Notes: generated from the sequence alone by a model not told the origin. Shown: positions 36,354 through 45,393, counted from the first letter of the stretch. The stretch is 59,497 nt of DNA from Candidatus Scatosoma sp. (GCA_045632625.1 JAZQWZ010000032.1:1-59497); one strand, 5' to 3'. Numbers and translations are program-made.

Positions 36354-37568
36354 ATGACAACCGCTGAATTAAAAATTACATCAAATTACATCCAAGCACT
36401 CGCATCGCAGCCTGATGCAACCGAACGCATTTCTCTATTTTTAAGCGGTCTTTTGGCTATGCAGCCGAAGGACAAATTAAACGCGCCTAAAAAGAAGAAA
36501 AAATGCGTTTCAACGTTAATTCATTTTACACAAAAGGAGATTTCTAAAATGGCAAAAACATTTAAGAAAGAGTTCATTGGAAACGGCTTAGCCGCGCACG
36601 TCTTAAAGCGTGATTTGTACAAAAAAGCCGTGTACTACATTATTCGTTACCGCCGTAACGGATATGAAATCCAAGTGGGCGCAACCACGTTGGAAGAGGC
36701 TAAGGAAAAATTCCTTGAAGCAACCAGAGCGGAAAATATTGAAAAATACCGCAAAAAGGAAAAGCGTGCCAAGAAAAATACTTTCCTGTTTGTAACCCAA
36801 GAGTGGTTAGAGTTCAAGAAAGATAAATTGAACGCGCGCACGCATAAGAATTATGAGAGCTACTGTCAAAGATATTTATATCCCGTTTTGGGTGATATGG
36901 ATATTTCCGTTATCAAGACCATCGACATCAACGGCATTATGACAAAAGTCGAAGGGCGTGTATATGAAGATTTGCGCGTAGTTCTCAATTCGGTATTCAA
37001 ATACGCACTCGCAAGCGGTGTGATTACTCACAATCCTATGCTTTTAATTCCCTTCAAAAAAGCGGAAAGAAACAACCGCCGCGCTATGACGGAAGACGAA
37101 GTCAAGAAGATGATAGAACGCTTGAATACGGACGAATACAGCGATTATAAGCGCACGTTTTTGATTTTGTTATTCTTCGGGCTTCGTCCTTGCGAATTGG
37201 AAGATGCTCGATTTGAAGGCGATTTCTTGATTGCACGGAATGCCAAGCGAAAAGGCGGTAAAATTGAGTATAAAAAGATACCCATTTGCAAGCAAGCACG
37301 TGAAATGTTGGACTTGGATGCGCCCGTGGAAGCTTTACATAGAACGGACGTATTGAACCGCATTTTTAAGCGAATTATGGAAGACGAAGAAGTTACGCAA
37401 TACTTCCTGCGCCATACGTTTGCAACCATTTGTCAACAATACGTTCGCCCTGACATTGTGGATATTTGGATGGGTGACAGCTCTGAAAGATTGGTTGGAA
37501 GAGTATATACACACTTCCCCGATAAATTTATGATTGAGCAAATGCAAAACGTCATCTTTGACATTTAA
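36354..37568 (+). CDS. Tyrosine recombinase/integrase (copy B)
   Basis: ..YFLRHTFATICQQYVRPDIVDIWMGDSSERLVGRVYTHF.. The N-terminus MTTAELKITSNYIQALAS is nearly identical to copy A. GGAGGAC RBS. Confidence 0.9.
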   Translation: MTTAELKITSNYIQALASQPDATERISLFLSGLLAMQPKDKLNAPKKKKKCVSTLIHFTQKEISKMAKTFKKEFIGNGLAAHVLKRDLYKKAVYYIIRYRRNGYEIQVGATTLEEAKEKFLEATRAENIEKYRKKEKRAKKNTFLFVTQEWLEFKKDKLNARTHKNYESYCQRYLYPVLGDMDISVIKTIDINGIMTKVEGRVYEDLRVVLNSVFKYALASGVITHNPMLLIPFKKAERNNRRAMTEDEVKKMIERLNTDEYSDYKRTFLILLFFGLRPCELEDARFEGDFLIARNAKRKGGKIEYKKIPICKQAREMLDLDAPVEALHRTDVLNRIFKRIMEDEEVTQYFLRHTFATICQQYVRPDIVDIWMGDSSERLVGRVYTHFPDKFMIEQMQNVIFDI

Positions 37569-37576
37569 AAGTAAAA

Positions 37577-37609
37577 ATACCGCTGGGTTTTATTCCCGGC
37601 GGTATTTTA
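37577..37609 (+). terminator. Rho-independent terminator after integrase B
   Basis: taccgctggg pairs with cccggcggta (9 of 10), followed by tttt. Confidence 0.5.
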
Positions 37610-37670
37610 ATGCTCTCCAAAAGCAATCCAAGTCGATTTAATTTTCATTAAAAAAATGTAAACGTCAAAA

Positions 37671-37685
37671 CCTTTATTTATAAGG
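37671..37685 (-). repeat. Extra copy of the 15-nt core cctttatttataagg (integrase-proximal)
   Basis: Exact 15-mer located 100 nt after the integrase B stop. It is not followed by the 23-mer block. Confidence 0.6.
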
Positions 37686-37762
37686 GGATAAAACGAACGG
37701 AAACATTGCCCAAAACATACACCAATCGTTGCGATTTTCGTGAAAAACGGCGGTTTTGCTGT

Positions 37763-37890
37763 GCATAAACACGTCAAATATACAAAAAAATCGGGCAAAT
37801 ATGCGTTTATTTTGCACAATTACCCGATTTTGGTGCGGTCGACAGGAATTGAAGCGGTTTCCACTTTGCTGAAAACCTTTATTTATAAGG
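37763..37890 (-). repeat. att-like pseudo-tRNA block, copy 3 (right border of element B)
   Basis: 91-bp repeat 37763-37853 ending in the 23-mer (37831-37853), then N22, then the 15-mer core (37876-37890). Confidence 0.8.
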
Positions 37891-38043
37891 GATTCAGCCA
37901 TCTGCCCCCGAAATGCCCCCAAGTAAAAACGTGATTTTTGCAATAGAAAAATGTAGCATTTTTTGTGGCAAAATTTGCCCCGAATAATCGACAGGTCAAA
38001 CACTAAACAATCGAACCTACCTTTTTTTAACTCGAAAAACTGC

Positions 38044-38083
38044 CCCCAATTTTTAGACAAACTTTTGGGGGCAGTAATCCGTG
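38044..38083 (-). terminator. Rho-independent terminator after the KAP NTPase gene
   Basis: On the minus strand, ctgcccccaa...ttgggggcag is followed by tttttcga. Confidence 0.6.
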
Positions 38084-38136
38084 AACAAACCCACAAGACT
38101 AAATAGAGAAAGCTGTTTTTAATCAATACTTCGATA

Positions 38137-41100
38137 CTATATTTTTTTAATTTTTACTTGATGCTTATACTTAGTAATTTTAAATATTCCATGCCTTTCA
38201 AACAGATTTAGAATTTTTGTATCATATTCTTTCATTGGAACTTTAATTTCCAGTTGTGTTTCCAATGAAGCCACTTTGGGCACCGCTTGTTTTAAGTAAC
38301 TGAAAACTTTTGACTTGTCTATGTCGTTCCCATATACATCCAACAAATCTATTTTTATTCCAGAATCCATACTACTTGAAAGTAAAATATTCAATAACCG
38401 TTCGCAACATCTTTCAATTTTATTTTTGATGATGATTTTACTGATATGCTCTTTAAGCGTATCGGTGCTCGGCGTATACGTTTGCTGCATCTTATAAATA
38501 AGCTTTGCCTTTATTTCATTCGACAAATCCTGATTATTCAACAGCAAATCCATAATATTATTCGCAAACGTTGTACCATTCATTTCTTCTATAACGTCGG
38601 GAGCTTTTAAGAGAATGGGAATTAGAACTTTGATTGTAGACTTCGCTAAAACCAGATTTTCTACATTCGCTTCTATAACACAGTTATTAACTAAAATCGC
38701 CGCGATTTCATCTCTCGTTATTTCATTTGCTTTTAATTTTACCGCGAATCCTTTTGAGTATATAGAGAAACCAGTCAAGTCGGTAAAAGAAACTTCATTG
38801 CAAAGCAACAATTCAATATCCTTATCCTCTAATGCGTCCGCACTCAATATTTGTGCATTTCGATCAAGATAGGTAAGAATTGATTGTAATGTAATATATT
38901 TCTTCTTTTTAGACATTACGACATTTGCCCATGTGGGATAAATTTTATCTTGTTCATAGGCATACAATAACAATTCCTTATCTATCCCCTCATAAACGTC
39001 AAAGGTCGTTTTTAAGTTGGAAACAAATTTTTTATGCTCGCTAAGTGGCAATGTTTTATTCTTTAAAATCCATTCGATGCCTATTTGTTCTTCCTCACAA
39101 ATACTTACATTAGACGCATATTCATTTATAATGGTCTGATGATTTGCTTCAACGTAAGCAATAAAAGTAGGATTGTTTGTTTTTAAAACATACGACAATA
39201 CAGCCTTTTGACAATTTTCAAAATTATAATGACTGTGCAAAATAAATTCTAGATTTTTTAGACTTATTTCATACAAATCATTCTTTATTAATTCATCCAT
39301 TACGTATTGAGCTATATGATCATTATTCATACCCTCGTGGCTTACAGTAATTAATTGCACGCTTAATTTTTGTAAAACATCAACAAATAGATCTACATCA
39401 GCATGAATATAGGCAAACATACCAATCGCATTTGGATGTTTTGATAAATATTGCGTTAATACATTTTCTTGATTTTGTCTGATAAATAGCTCAATATCGC
39501 CATACGCAAACAATGCGGACAATAAGCGATCTTTTTGTTCTGGAGACATAGATTCATCCAATAATATATCCCGACAAAAACAATCATAGTCAGGTAAAAT
39601 TTGATTGAATAAGACCGTAAATTCTTGTTGATCGCTTAAGTACTGTTTCCAAAAGCCAATAACTTCAGGGCTTCTTGACGTTAAATAATGCTTTAAACTT
39701 TTTTGTTTCTGTTTGACTTCTTCGTCATTCGTTTTGGCGTTTAATGTTGCTTCAATTAGACTGTAATTAAAAATAAACCTATCCGAAAATCTTTCTTGAG
39801 AAATTTCTCGCATTACCAGTTCAGGTTTTTCCAAGCTTTGCATCACATCTATTGGCTGTTTTTCCAATACTTTTCTCACGAACGCCTGATCTCGTGCTGA
39901 AATTAAGTCATCTTCTTTACTAACAATGTAATCTTTATATGTTTCATCTATATAACCATTAGCTAATAAAAAGCGTTTTAACTCCCCTTGTATGTCCGTT
40001 GACTGTTCCAACGTTAAATATTCGCTCATGGTGTAATTGCGACACTGCCGAATTTGTTGTTGTAAACCATCAATTTCTAACTGCAGTTGTTTTTGCTTGC
40101 TCTCTGATTGATCTTGAATACGCTGTTCTATATCGACAACGTTTTCCCCAAGATCTTCATCAATCTGCCACATCTCAGCATACCAATGATAATTCCCATG
40201 ATAAACAATACGCCCTGTGACCCCTTCAAAACTTTTCAACTGAGACACATCCGTCCCATGATAATTCCCTAATTGATATCGAGTCACCATACAGCCTATT
40301 ACTGCTTTCCGTAAAAGCTCAAAAGAATGAATAGCCGCTTGTTTCGCCTCTAATTTTTTATTGTTTAAGGCTGCTATTTTTTCCTCTTTTTGTTTGATTA
40401 AATCAACGACATAGCTGTGTTTACTTTCAAACGCATCGGCTAAATCTCCTTTTCCATATTGCAACTCGGCAAAATCCGCTGGATGCAGATTTTTATAAAC
40501 CATCAATGAAAACAATTTAATATTCTTCTGAGAATCGGAAAGCCTCCAAAGCTTTAAAAGGTGATAATACGTAACATAATCATTGACTATATTCTTTAAT
40601 ACACGCATTTCTGTAATAAAATGAGAAACTTCGTGTATATACAGCTCCGGCAATTCCATTTCTTTGGAACATGTAGACTCTAATTCTTTTTTCAGCATAC
40701 CACGCACATTTGTAAAACTTAAAACAGGAATCAAAGACAAAATATAATCAAAAAATTTCGCCCTGTCGTTTTCAGTTCTAAAAAGATCGTCTTTTATTGC
40801 GTAAACAAACGTTACTTTTTGTTTTACAAGTTGGCTGTTATTAATTAAAAAATTCAATTCGCGTAATTTGGAAAAAATACTCGTATTATTAAACCGGTCC
40901 AAATCCTCAATCACAACCACCTGAACTTTTGTTTTTTGAAAATAATAAATGATCTCGTCAATAAATGTATTTAAAACAGAACCCGAGGTTAATTCACAAA
41001 ATTCCGCCTGAATATCTTTTACCGCGATTTTATTAATTTTATTATTATAAAACATTAAATATATAAAAAGTAATGCTGTAGTTGCAGCACAGCCAGAAAA

Positions 41101-41634
41101 TATATAAAAATTAGAGCCGTTAGAATTGGGAAGCAACTTAAAAAATTCCAATATAGCACAACCAATCAATGCAATCGTAGCAATTAAATAGAGCGCCAAG
41201 CGAAATGAAAGCCATCCATGGCTTGTATTAATACGATTAATCTTAGAATACGGAACTTTATTCTTACCAACCTTATAAAGGAATTGTTCCAAAATGCTTT
41301 TTTCTACAGCACAATCAATATCTTGCACCCCACCATGCTTGGAATCGCTTGGCTGCTCTTCGTTAATTGTTTGCGTATCATTAAAATTAGCCAATGATAT
41401 CTTCGTTAATTTAGTATCCTTACATAACAGTCTTTTATGATATTTATGCTGATACGTTTTGATTAAACTGCTTTTGCCCGCACCATACGCTCCAATTACG
41501 CCTATATTGCAAACATCTTTATCTTGAATTTTTTCATGTAAAATATCCGCATAAACCCCATATTTCTGCTCATCTATTACCGGACTATTTGATACCAATT
41601 TTAATGATGTAGAATTTACTTTAAATCTCTTCAT
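38137..41634 (-). CDS. KAP-family / YobI-like P-loop NTPase with transmembrane insertion
   Basis: The start is trimmed to MKRFKVNS (ATG 41634, GAGGAGA upstream). Walker A GAYGAGKSS. Two hydrophobic helices (WLSFRLALYLIATIALIGCAIL, FYIFSGCAATTALLFIYLMFY) sit between the Walker motifs. Walker B VVVIEDLDRF. 1,165 aa. Confidence 0.75.
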   Translation of the reverse strand: MKRFKVNSTSLKLVSNSPVIDEQKYGVYADILHEKIQDKDVCNIGVIGAYGAGKSSLIKTYQHKYHKRLLCKDTKLTKISLANFNDTQTINEEQPSDSKHGGVQDIDCAVEKSILEQFLYKVGKNKVPYSKINRINTSHGWLSFRLALYLIATIALIGCAILEFFKLLPNSNGSNFYIFSGCAATTALLFIYLMFYNNKINKIAVKDIQAEFCELTSGSVLNTFIDEIIYYFQKTKVQVVVIEDLDRFNNTSIFSKLRELNFLINNSQLVKQKVTFVYAIKDDLFRTENDRAKFFDYILSLIPVLSFTNVRGMLKKELESTCSKEMELPELYIHEVSHFITEMRVLKNIVNDYVTYYHLLKLWRLSDSQKNIKLFSLMVYKNLHPADFAELQYGKGDLADAFESKHSYVVDLIKQKEEKIAALNNKKLEAKQAAIHSFELLRKAVIGCMVTRYQLGNYHGTDVSQLKSFEGVTGRIVYHGNYHWYAEMWQIDEDLGENVVDIEQRIQDQSESKQKQLQLEIDGLQQQIRQCRNYTMSEYLTLEQSTDIQGELKRFLLANGYIDETYKDYIVSKEDDLISARDQAFVRKVLEKQPIDVMQSLEKPELVMREISQERFSDRFIFNYSLIEATLNAKTNDEEVKQKQKSLKHYLTSRSPEVIGFWKQYLSDQQEFTVLFNQILPDYDCFCRDILLDESMSPEQKDRLLSALFAYGDIELFIRQNQENVLTQYLSKHPNAIGMFAYIHADVDLFVDVLQKLSVQLITVSHEGMNNDHIAQYVMDELIKNDLYEISLKNLEFILHSHYNFENCQKAVLSYVLKTNNPTFIAYVEANHQTIINEYASNVSICEEEQIGIEWILKNKTLPLSEHKKFVSNLKTTFDVYEGIDKELLLYAYEQDKIYPTWANVVMSKKKKYITLQSILTYLDRNAQILSADALEDKDIELLLCNEVSFTDLTGFSIYSKGFAVKLKANEITRDEIAAILVNNCVIEANVENLVLAKSTIKVLIPILLKAPDVIEEMNGTTFANNIMDLLLNNQDLSNEIKAKLIYKMQQTYTPSTDTLKEHISKIIIKNKIERCCERLLNILLSSSMDSGIKIDLLDVYGNDIDKSKVFSYLKQAVPKVASLETQLEIKVPMKEYDTKILNLFERHGIFKITKYKHQVKIKKI

Positions 41635-41766
41635 TTTATTGTTTCTCCTCGACAACCACTTCACATTTGTAGAACAATTTAACATATTTTAAACAACTTG
41701 CATGTCAATAATTAACGCACAAAAATTAAAAAACGTTTATTGACCTCTAGTGTTAGAAACGCTCTT

Positions 41767-43161
41767 TTATAGACTTTCTATCAAAATCAAATTCGAGTTT
41801 TTCTTCGCTTCATCACGCAAACCTTTTGTAAAGCCCGCCGTACTGAAAATAATATATTGAACGTTTTTCGCACCCGTCAAAGATACTATGGCGGGCGTTT
41901 TTTCTTGCAACGTGTGCAACAGTTCCAACCCTTTTTCTTTTTTCGTATACTTGCATTCGCCCAAAATTAAATTCTTTTCTTCGCTTCCGATTGCAACGAT
42001 ATTGATTTCACCTGCTTTGCTCCCCCAATAACGCCCCACCTTTTCAAACGGAAGCGTTTTGCCTTTTGCAGACAATTCCCACATCTTTTCGCGACAAACG
42101 TCCTCATATACGAACGAGGCAAAATTTTGAATAAATCCTTCTTTGATTTTTGCCATAACGTATTCGTCCTCGCCCTTTTCAAGATAAGAACGATACGGAT
42201 AAATATACTTAAACCAAAAGGCAATATAATTGTCGGTAATACGATACAGCCCACTTTTACTCTTTTCCGATGAAACCTCCGTTGCAGGAACTTCCCGTTC
42301 AATCAAATCAAGATCGGTTAAAACTTTCAAATATTTCGTTAAACTCGTAGCCTTCATATCAAGACTCGATGCAATCTCCGAAAGCTTTCTATTCCCCATC
42401 GCAATCGTTTTGATAAGTGAAAAATAGCTACCTATCTCCGTAACTTCACGTTGCAACAAAAAATATGGTTCTTCATATAAAAAGCTCTGACGGTTCAAAA
42501 CGTTTTCCCGAATGGCTTCATATACGTCTTTATAACCTTGAAAAACTTCTATATATTTAGGCACACCGCCCGTTACTGCATAAAACGGTATAAGCTGTTC
42601 TGCCGTCATATTATTATAAAACTCTCCATAATGCTTAAAAGCAATTTGTTTGAGCTTTATCTGTGCCGTGCGTCTTCCATATAACGGGCTGCCGTAATCA
42701 AGCGTTTGCGACTTCATAAGCGAAATAAGCGAACCGCAAAGAATCAGCATTATATTTTCATTGACAAGCAACGTATCCCAAGCCTTTTGCATAATCGACG
42801 GGAACGCCGAATTTGCCTTACCGATATATTGAAATTCATCCATTACGATAATTTTCTTCGTTTCGGTTTTATAATTCACAAGCGTTTTGAACACCGTCAA
42901 CCAATCCACGTTTGCGGACTTTAACAATTCATTATCCGTGTACTCGGCGACCTGCAATTTGAACGCATTCAAATTCTGCATTTCCGATTCTTCCGTCGCC
43001 AAAAAATAAAGCGTGTCTTTATGGCATTTCAAAAATTCATTGATGAGCGATGTTTTCCCTACACGTCTACGCCCATAAACAATTACGAGCGAAGAAACGT
43101 TACTCTCATATTGCTTTTCTAACGTTTCTAATTCTTTTGTACGATTTACGAATTTTTCCAT
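41767..43161 (-). CDS. AAA ATPase of the archaeal-ATPase (PF01637-like) + DUF234 type
   Basis: Walker A YGRRRVGKTS, Walker B IIVMDEFQY, and a C-terminal ..INIVAIG..LILGECKYT.. nuclease-fold-like DUF234 pattern. Confidence 0.7.
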   Translation of the reverse strand: MEKFVNRTKELETLEKQYESNVSSLVIVYGRRRVGKTSLINEFLKCHKDTLYFLATEESEMQNLNAFKLQVAEYTDNELLKSANVDWLTVFKTLVNYKTETKKIIVMDEFQYIGKANSAFPSIMQKAWDTLLVNENIMLILCGSLISLMKSQTLDYGSPLYGRRTAQIKLKQIAFKHYGEFYNNMTAEQLIPFYAVTGGVPKYIEVFQGYKDVYEAIRENVLNRQSFLYEEPYFLLQREVTEIGSYFSLIKTIAMGNRKLSEIASSLDMKATSLTKYLKVLTDLDLIEREVPATEVSSEKSKSGLYRITDNYIAFWFKYIYPYRSYLEKGEDEYVMAKIKEGFIQNFASFVYEDVCREKMWELSAKGKTLPFEKVGRYWGSKAGEINIVAIGSEEKNLILGECKYTKKEKGLELLHTLQEKTPAIVSLTGAKNVQYIIFSTAGFTKGLRDEAKKNSNLILIESL

Positions 43162-43379
43162 TTATCTACCCCATTAATGAGTTCCATATATTTATTATAC
43201 TCGAAATTATAATAATTGCAAGTATATTTCTGAATTTTCTTTATTTTTATTAAAATTTTATTCTTCGTTTTTACTTCTAACCTTATTGCGCCGAGTCCTT
43301 TCCTTTCTTCAATCTAATTTAAAGCCAATTATTTGCTGTTTAATATAACTACAAAAAATCTTCAATGTTTGTGTCTATG

Positions 43380-43551
43380 GTAGCATAGCCGCCGTGGAAG
43401 TAAACGGGTAAAAATTTTTGCAACGAATATAACTTTTTTAGCGTCAAGTTTTAACTTGGCGCTTCTTCCTTTTACGCAAAATTTTTTACTTTGTCCGTTG
43501 ACTTCCTTGCCCTATCGCAAATTCACTTTTCATACACGTTGGCTATGCTAC
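43380..43551 (+). promoter_or_regulatory. Long-hairpin element, copy 2 (upstream of the small-ORF module)
   Basis: Stem A is 43380-43390 with 43541-43551 (11 bp). Stem B is 43396-43407 with 43495-43506 (12 bp, same A-G mismatch as copy 1). The internal hairpin is agcgtcaagt/acttggcgct. It shares ctatggtagcatag, agtaaacg and cgttgactt with copy 1. Confidence 0.55.
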
Positions 43552-43604
43552 GTCGGCTTTGCCTTTCTAGGCACAAACAAAATATTTTATAAGGAGTTTT
43601 TATC

Positions 43605-43895
43605 ATGAACAACCAGACAAAATTTTACGCCGTCCACAACGGTGAAACGTACGAATTCGACCACGGCGCACAGCTTTACATTTTCGATTATGCCCTATAT
43701 TGGGAAATGGACAAGCGTGGCAGGAACGTAATCAAAACATTTATTTACTTCGTATACAACTGCTATATGAAAGATGACAACGCAACACCACTCGGTTCTT
43801 TAACCGATTACATTGCGGAGAACTGGGACTCTATTCAAGAAAAAGCTTTAGGCTCGTATGACATACTTGCCGACTTCTACAAACAATTACCATAA
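43605..43895 (+). CDS. Hypothetical protein
   Basis: 96 aa, AAGGAG RBS, first gene of the one-directional module. Confidence 0.6.
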   Translation: MNNQTKFYAVHNGETYEFDHGAQLYIFDYALYWEMDKRGRNVIKTFIYFVYNCYMKDDNATPLGSLTDYIAENWDSIQEKALGSYDILADFYKQLP

Positions 43896-43907
43896 GGAGA
43901 TACAAAA

Positions 43908-44435
43908 ATGAAAAAACATCAAGAAATCGTCTTTTTTGACAACACCGATTACTCTGAACGCTACAATGAAAAACGCGAAGAACTGTATGAACGACTTGCG
44001 GAAGAATATGACTGGGAATACTCTGACGACGTTCCCGAAGATATGATTTACAGCGAAATGAATTTCCACGAAGAGCTTGATTATCAATACTTCCAAGATA
44101 AATTCACCCAGCTCCTCAAAACCGGGTATTGTCTTTTAGTAGGCACTTGCGGTAGATGGAACGGCCCTGCCCTTGGCGGTAAATTTATTCACTCGTTCCG
44201 CGATTTGAAAGAAGTCATCAAACATTTAGACTATTTCAAAATCATCGACCGCGACGGACACCTTTTTATCGAGGGCTACCATCACGACGGCTCGGATAAA
44301 TACGAAATCAAACAGCTTACCCGCAAAGGATATGAATATGCAGACAGCAATTATTTTGCACATTCCAAAAAACTGCACGAAAACATTATGAAATGCAATC
44401 TTTTCTCTAAGCTCCCCCGCTTGGCATCTTTATAA
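43908..44435 (+). CDS. Hypothetical protein with acidic N-terminal half
   Basis: 175 aa, AAGGAG RBS, and a ..GTCGRWNGPALGG.. motif of unknown family. Confidence 0.6.
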   Translation: MKKHQEIVFFDNTDYSERYNEKREELYERLAEEYDWEYSDDVPEDMIYSEMNFHEELDYQYFQDKFTQLLKTGYCLLVGTCGRWNGPALGGKFIHSFRDLKEVIKHLDYFKIIDRDGHLFIEGYHHDGSDKYEIKQLTRKGYEYADSNYFAHSKKLHENIMKCNLFSKLPRLASL

Positions 44436-44446
44436 GGAGCAACAAA

Positions 44447-44920
44447 ATGAAACATCAACACGGGTATAAAATCGGTTATCGCATTCATGGTAGCCGCTTA
44501 TTTATTAGAACGTTTATAACACATACCTTACCTGTGGCAAGGAAAATGCTACATTTCTACCGCAAATATGGGCACCGCAGCTCGCAAAATAAACGTATTA
44601 AAGATGTCAATTACGATATTAAACCGATTACAAAGCGTGAAATTCTCGATGGGATATGGGAGGAACCACCCTTCCTATATTCGAACCTTTTTCACCTTTC
44701 GGCTCTTGGTTTTCTCAAAAGCCGCTTTTTTCACAATGCGAGAAAATTATCGCTTAAAACTTATATGATGCCAACCGCAACGCAATATTTTTCCGCTTGC
44801 TTTTGTCTAAACACACCCGATTCCTTGCAAAAAAAGCTTTGGCTTTTGAGGTTTGGGGTGTCGCCGAAAGGCAAAAAAGATAAAAAGGAGTTAAATAATG
44901 TACAAAGAAAACCAATTTAG
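44447..44920 (+). CDS. Hypothetical protein (the 3' half is doubtful)
   Basis: AAGGAG RBS. The first ~77 aa look protein-like. The remainder overlaps a long hairpin (44695-44871) and has odd composition. Confidence 0.35.
   Translation: MKHQHGYKIGYRIHGSRLFIRTFITHTLPVARKMLHFYRKYGHRSSQNKRIKDVNYDIKPITKREILDGIWEEPPFLYSNLFHLSALGFLKSRFFHNARKLSLKTYMMPTATQYFSACFCLNTPDSLQKKLWLLRFGVSPKGKKDKKELNNVQRKPI
44695..44871 (+). promoter_or_regulatory. Third, divergent long hairpin upstream of the ORF at 44898
   Basis: cctttcggc (44695-44703) pairs with gccgaaagg (44863-44871), and ctcaaaagcc (44714-44723) pairs with ggcttttgag (44841-44850). The 3' tail gaaaggcaaaaaagataaaaaggag resembles the tail of copy 1. 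Confidence 0.35.
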
Positions 44921-45161
44921 AACGTTTAACGTATGGAGAGATGAAGATATACTTCATATATTTTTATCTTGTCCTGAAAAGAAACGAAAACAATATGAAA
45001 AAACTATCCAACACGTAAAGAACATTCTTGGATTGAATTTCGATCTTGATTTCGATGATGGTCAATACTACTTTATCTTGACTGATTTTGATGAATATAA
45101 AGAATTCAAACAATATTTCTATCGTTATGTATGCTGTTTTGCAAAGGAGAATGAGAAATGA
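44898..45161 (+). CDS. Hypothetical protein
   Basis: 87 aa, AAGGAG RBS. Confidence 0.55.
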   Translation: MYKENQFRTFNVWRDEDILHIFLSCPEKKRKQYEKTIQHVKNILGLNFDLDFDDGQYYFILTDFDEYKEFKQYFYRYVCCFAKENEK

Positions 45162-45385
45162 GAATTGATTTTTATAACAACACGTTAATTATCACGCTCT
45201 ATAATCCTGATGATATCACGCATATCTGGAATACCATTGAAGAAATGGAGCGTTTGCTTTGCAAAAAACTTAGCGTTGATGATAATAATTTCGACGAGCT
45301 TGGCGAAATTTATATCGACGTTGACGATTATTATGAATACCAAGCGTATAGAAGATTGATTTTAGACTATACGCCCATTTATTAA
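45158..45385 (+). CDS. Hypothetical acidic protein
   Basis: 75 aa, ATGA overlap with the upstream gene, AAGGAG RBS. Confidence 0.55.
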   Translation: MRIDFYNNTLIITLYNPDDITHIWNTIEEMERLLCKKLSVDDNNFDELGEIYIDVDDYYEYQAYRRLILDYTPIY

Positions 45386-45393
45386 GGTGAGTT

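Larger units (their letters stand above)
26024..37890. mobile_element. ~11.5-kb integrative element B (tyrosine integrase + HUH rolling-circle Rep + defence cargo), bracketed by direct repeats
   Basis: 91-bp direct repeats lie at 26024-26114 and 37763-37853. 15-mer cores lie at 26137-26151, 37671-37685 and 37876-37890. A 20/21-mer ttgcccaaa(a)catacaccaat lies at 26166-26185 and 37706-37726. The integrase is adjacent to the right end. Confidence 0.65.

Noticed and set aside
44568-44957. Small ORFs 44568-44768 (+) and 44754-44957 (-)
   Set aside because: They overlap better-supported ORFs or the hairpin region, and they have no RBS and an implausible composition.
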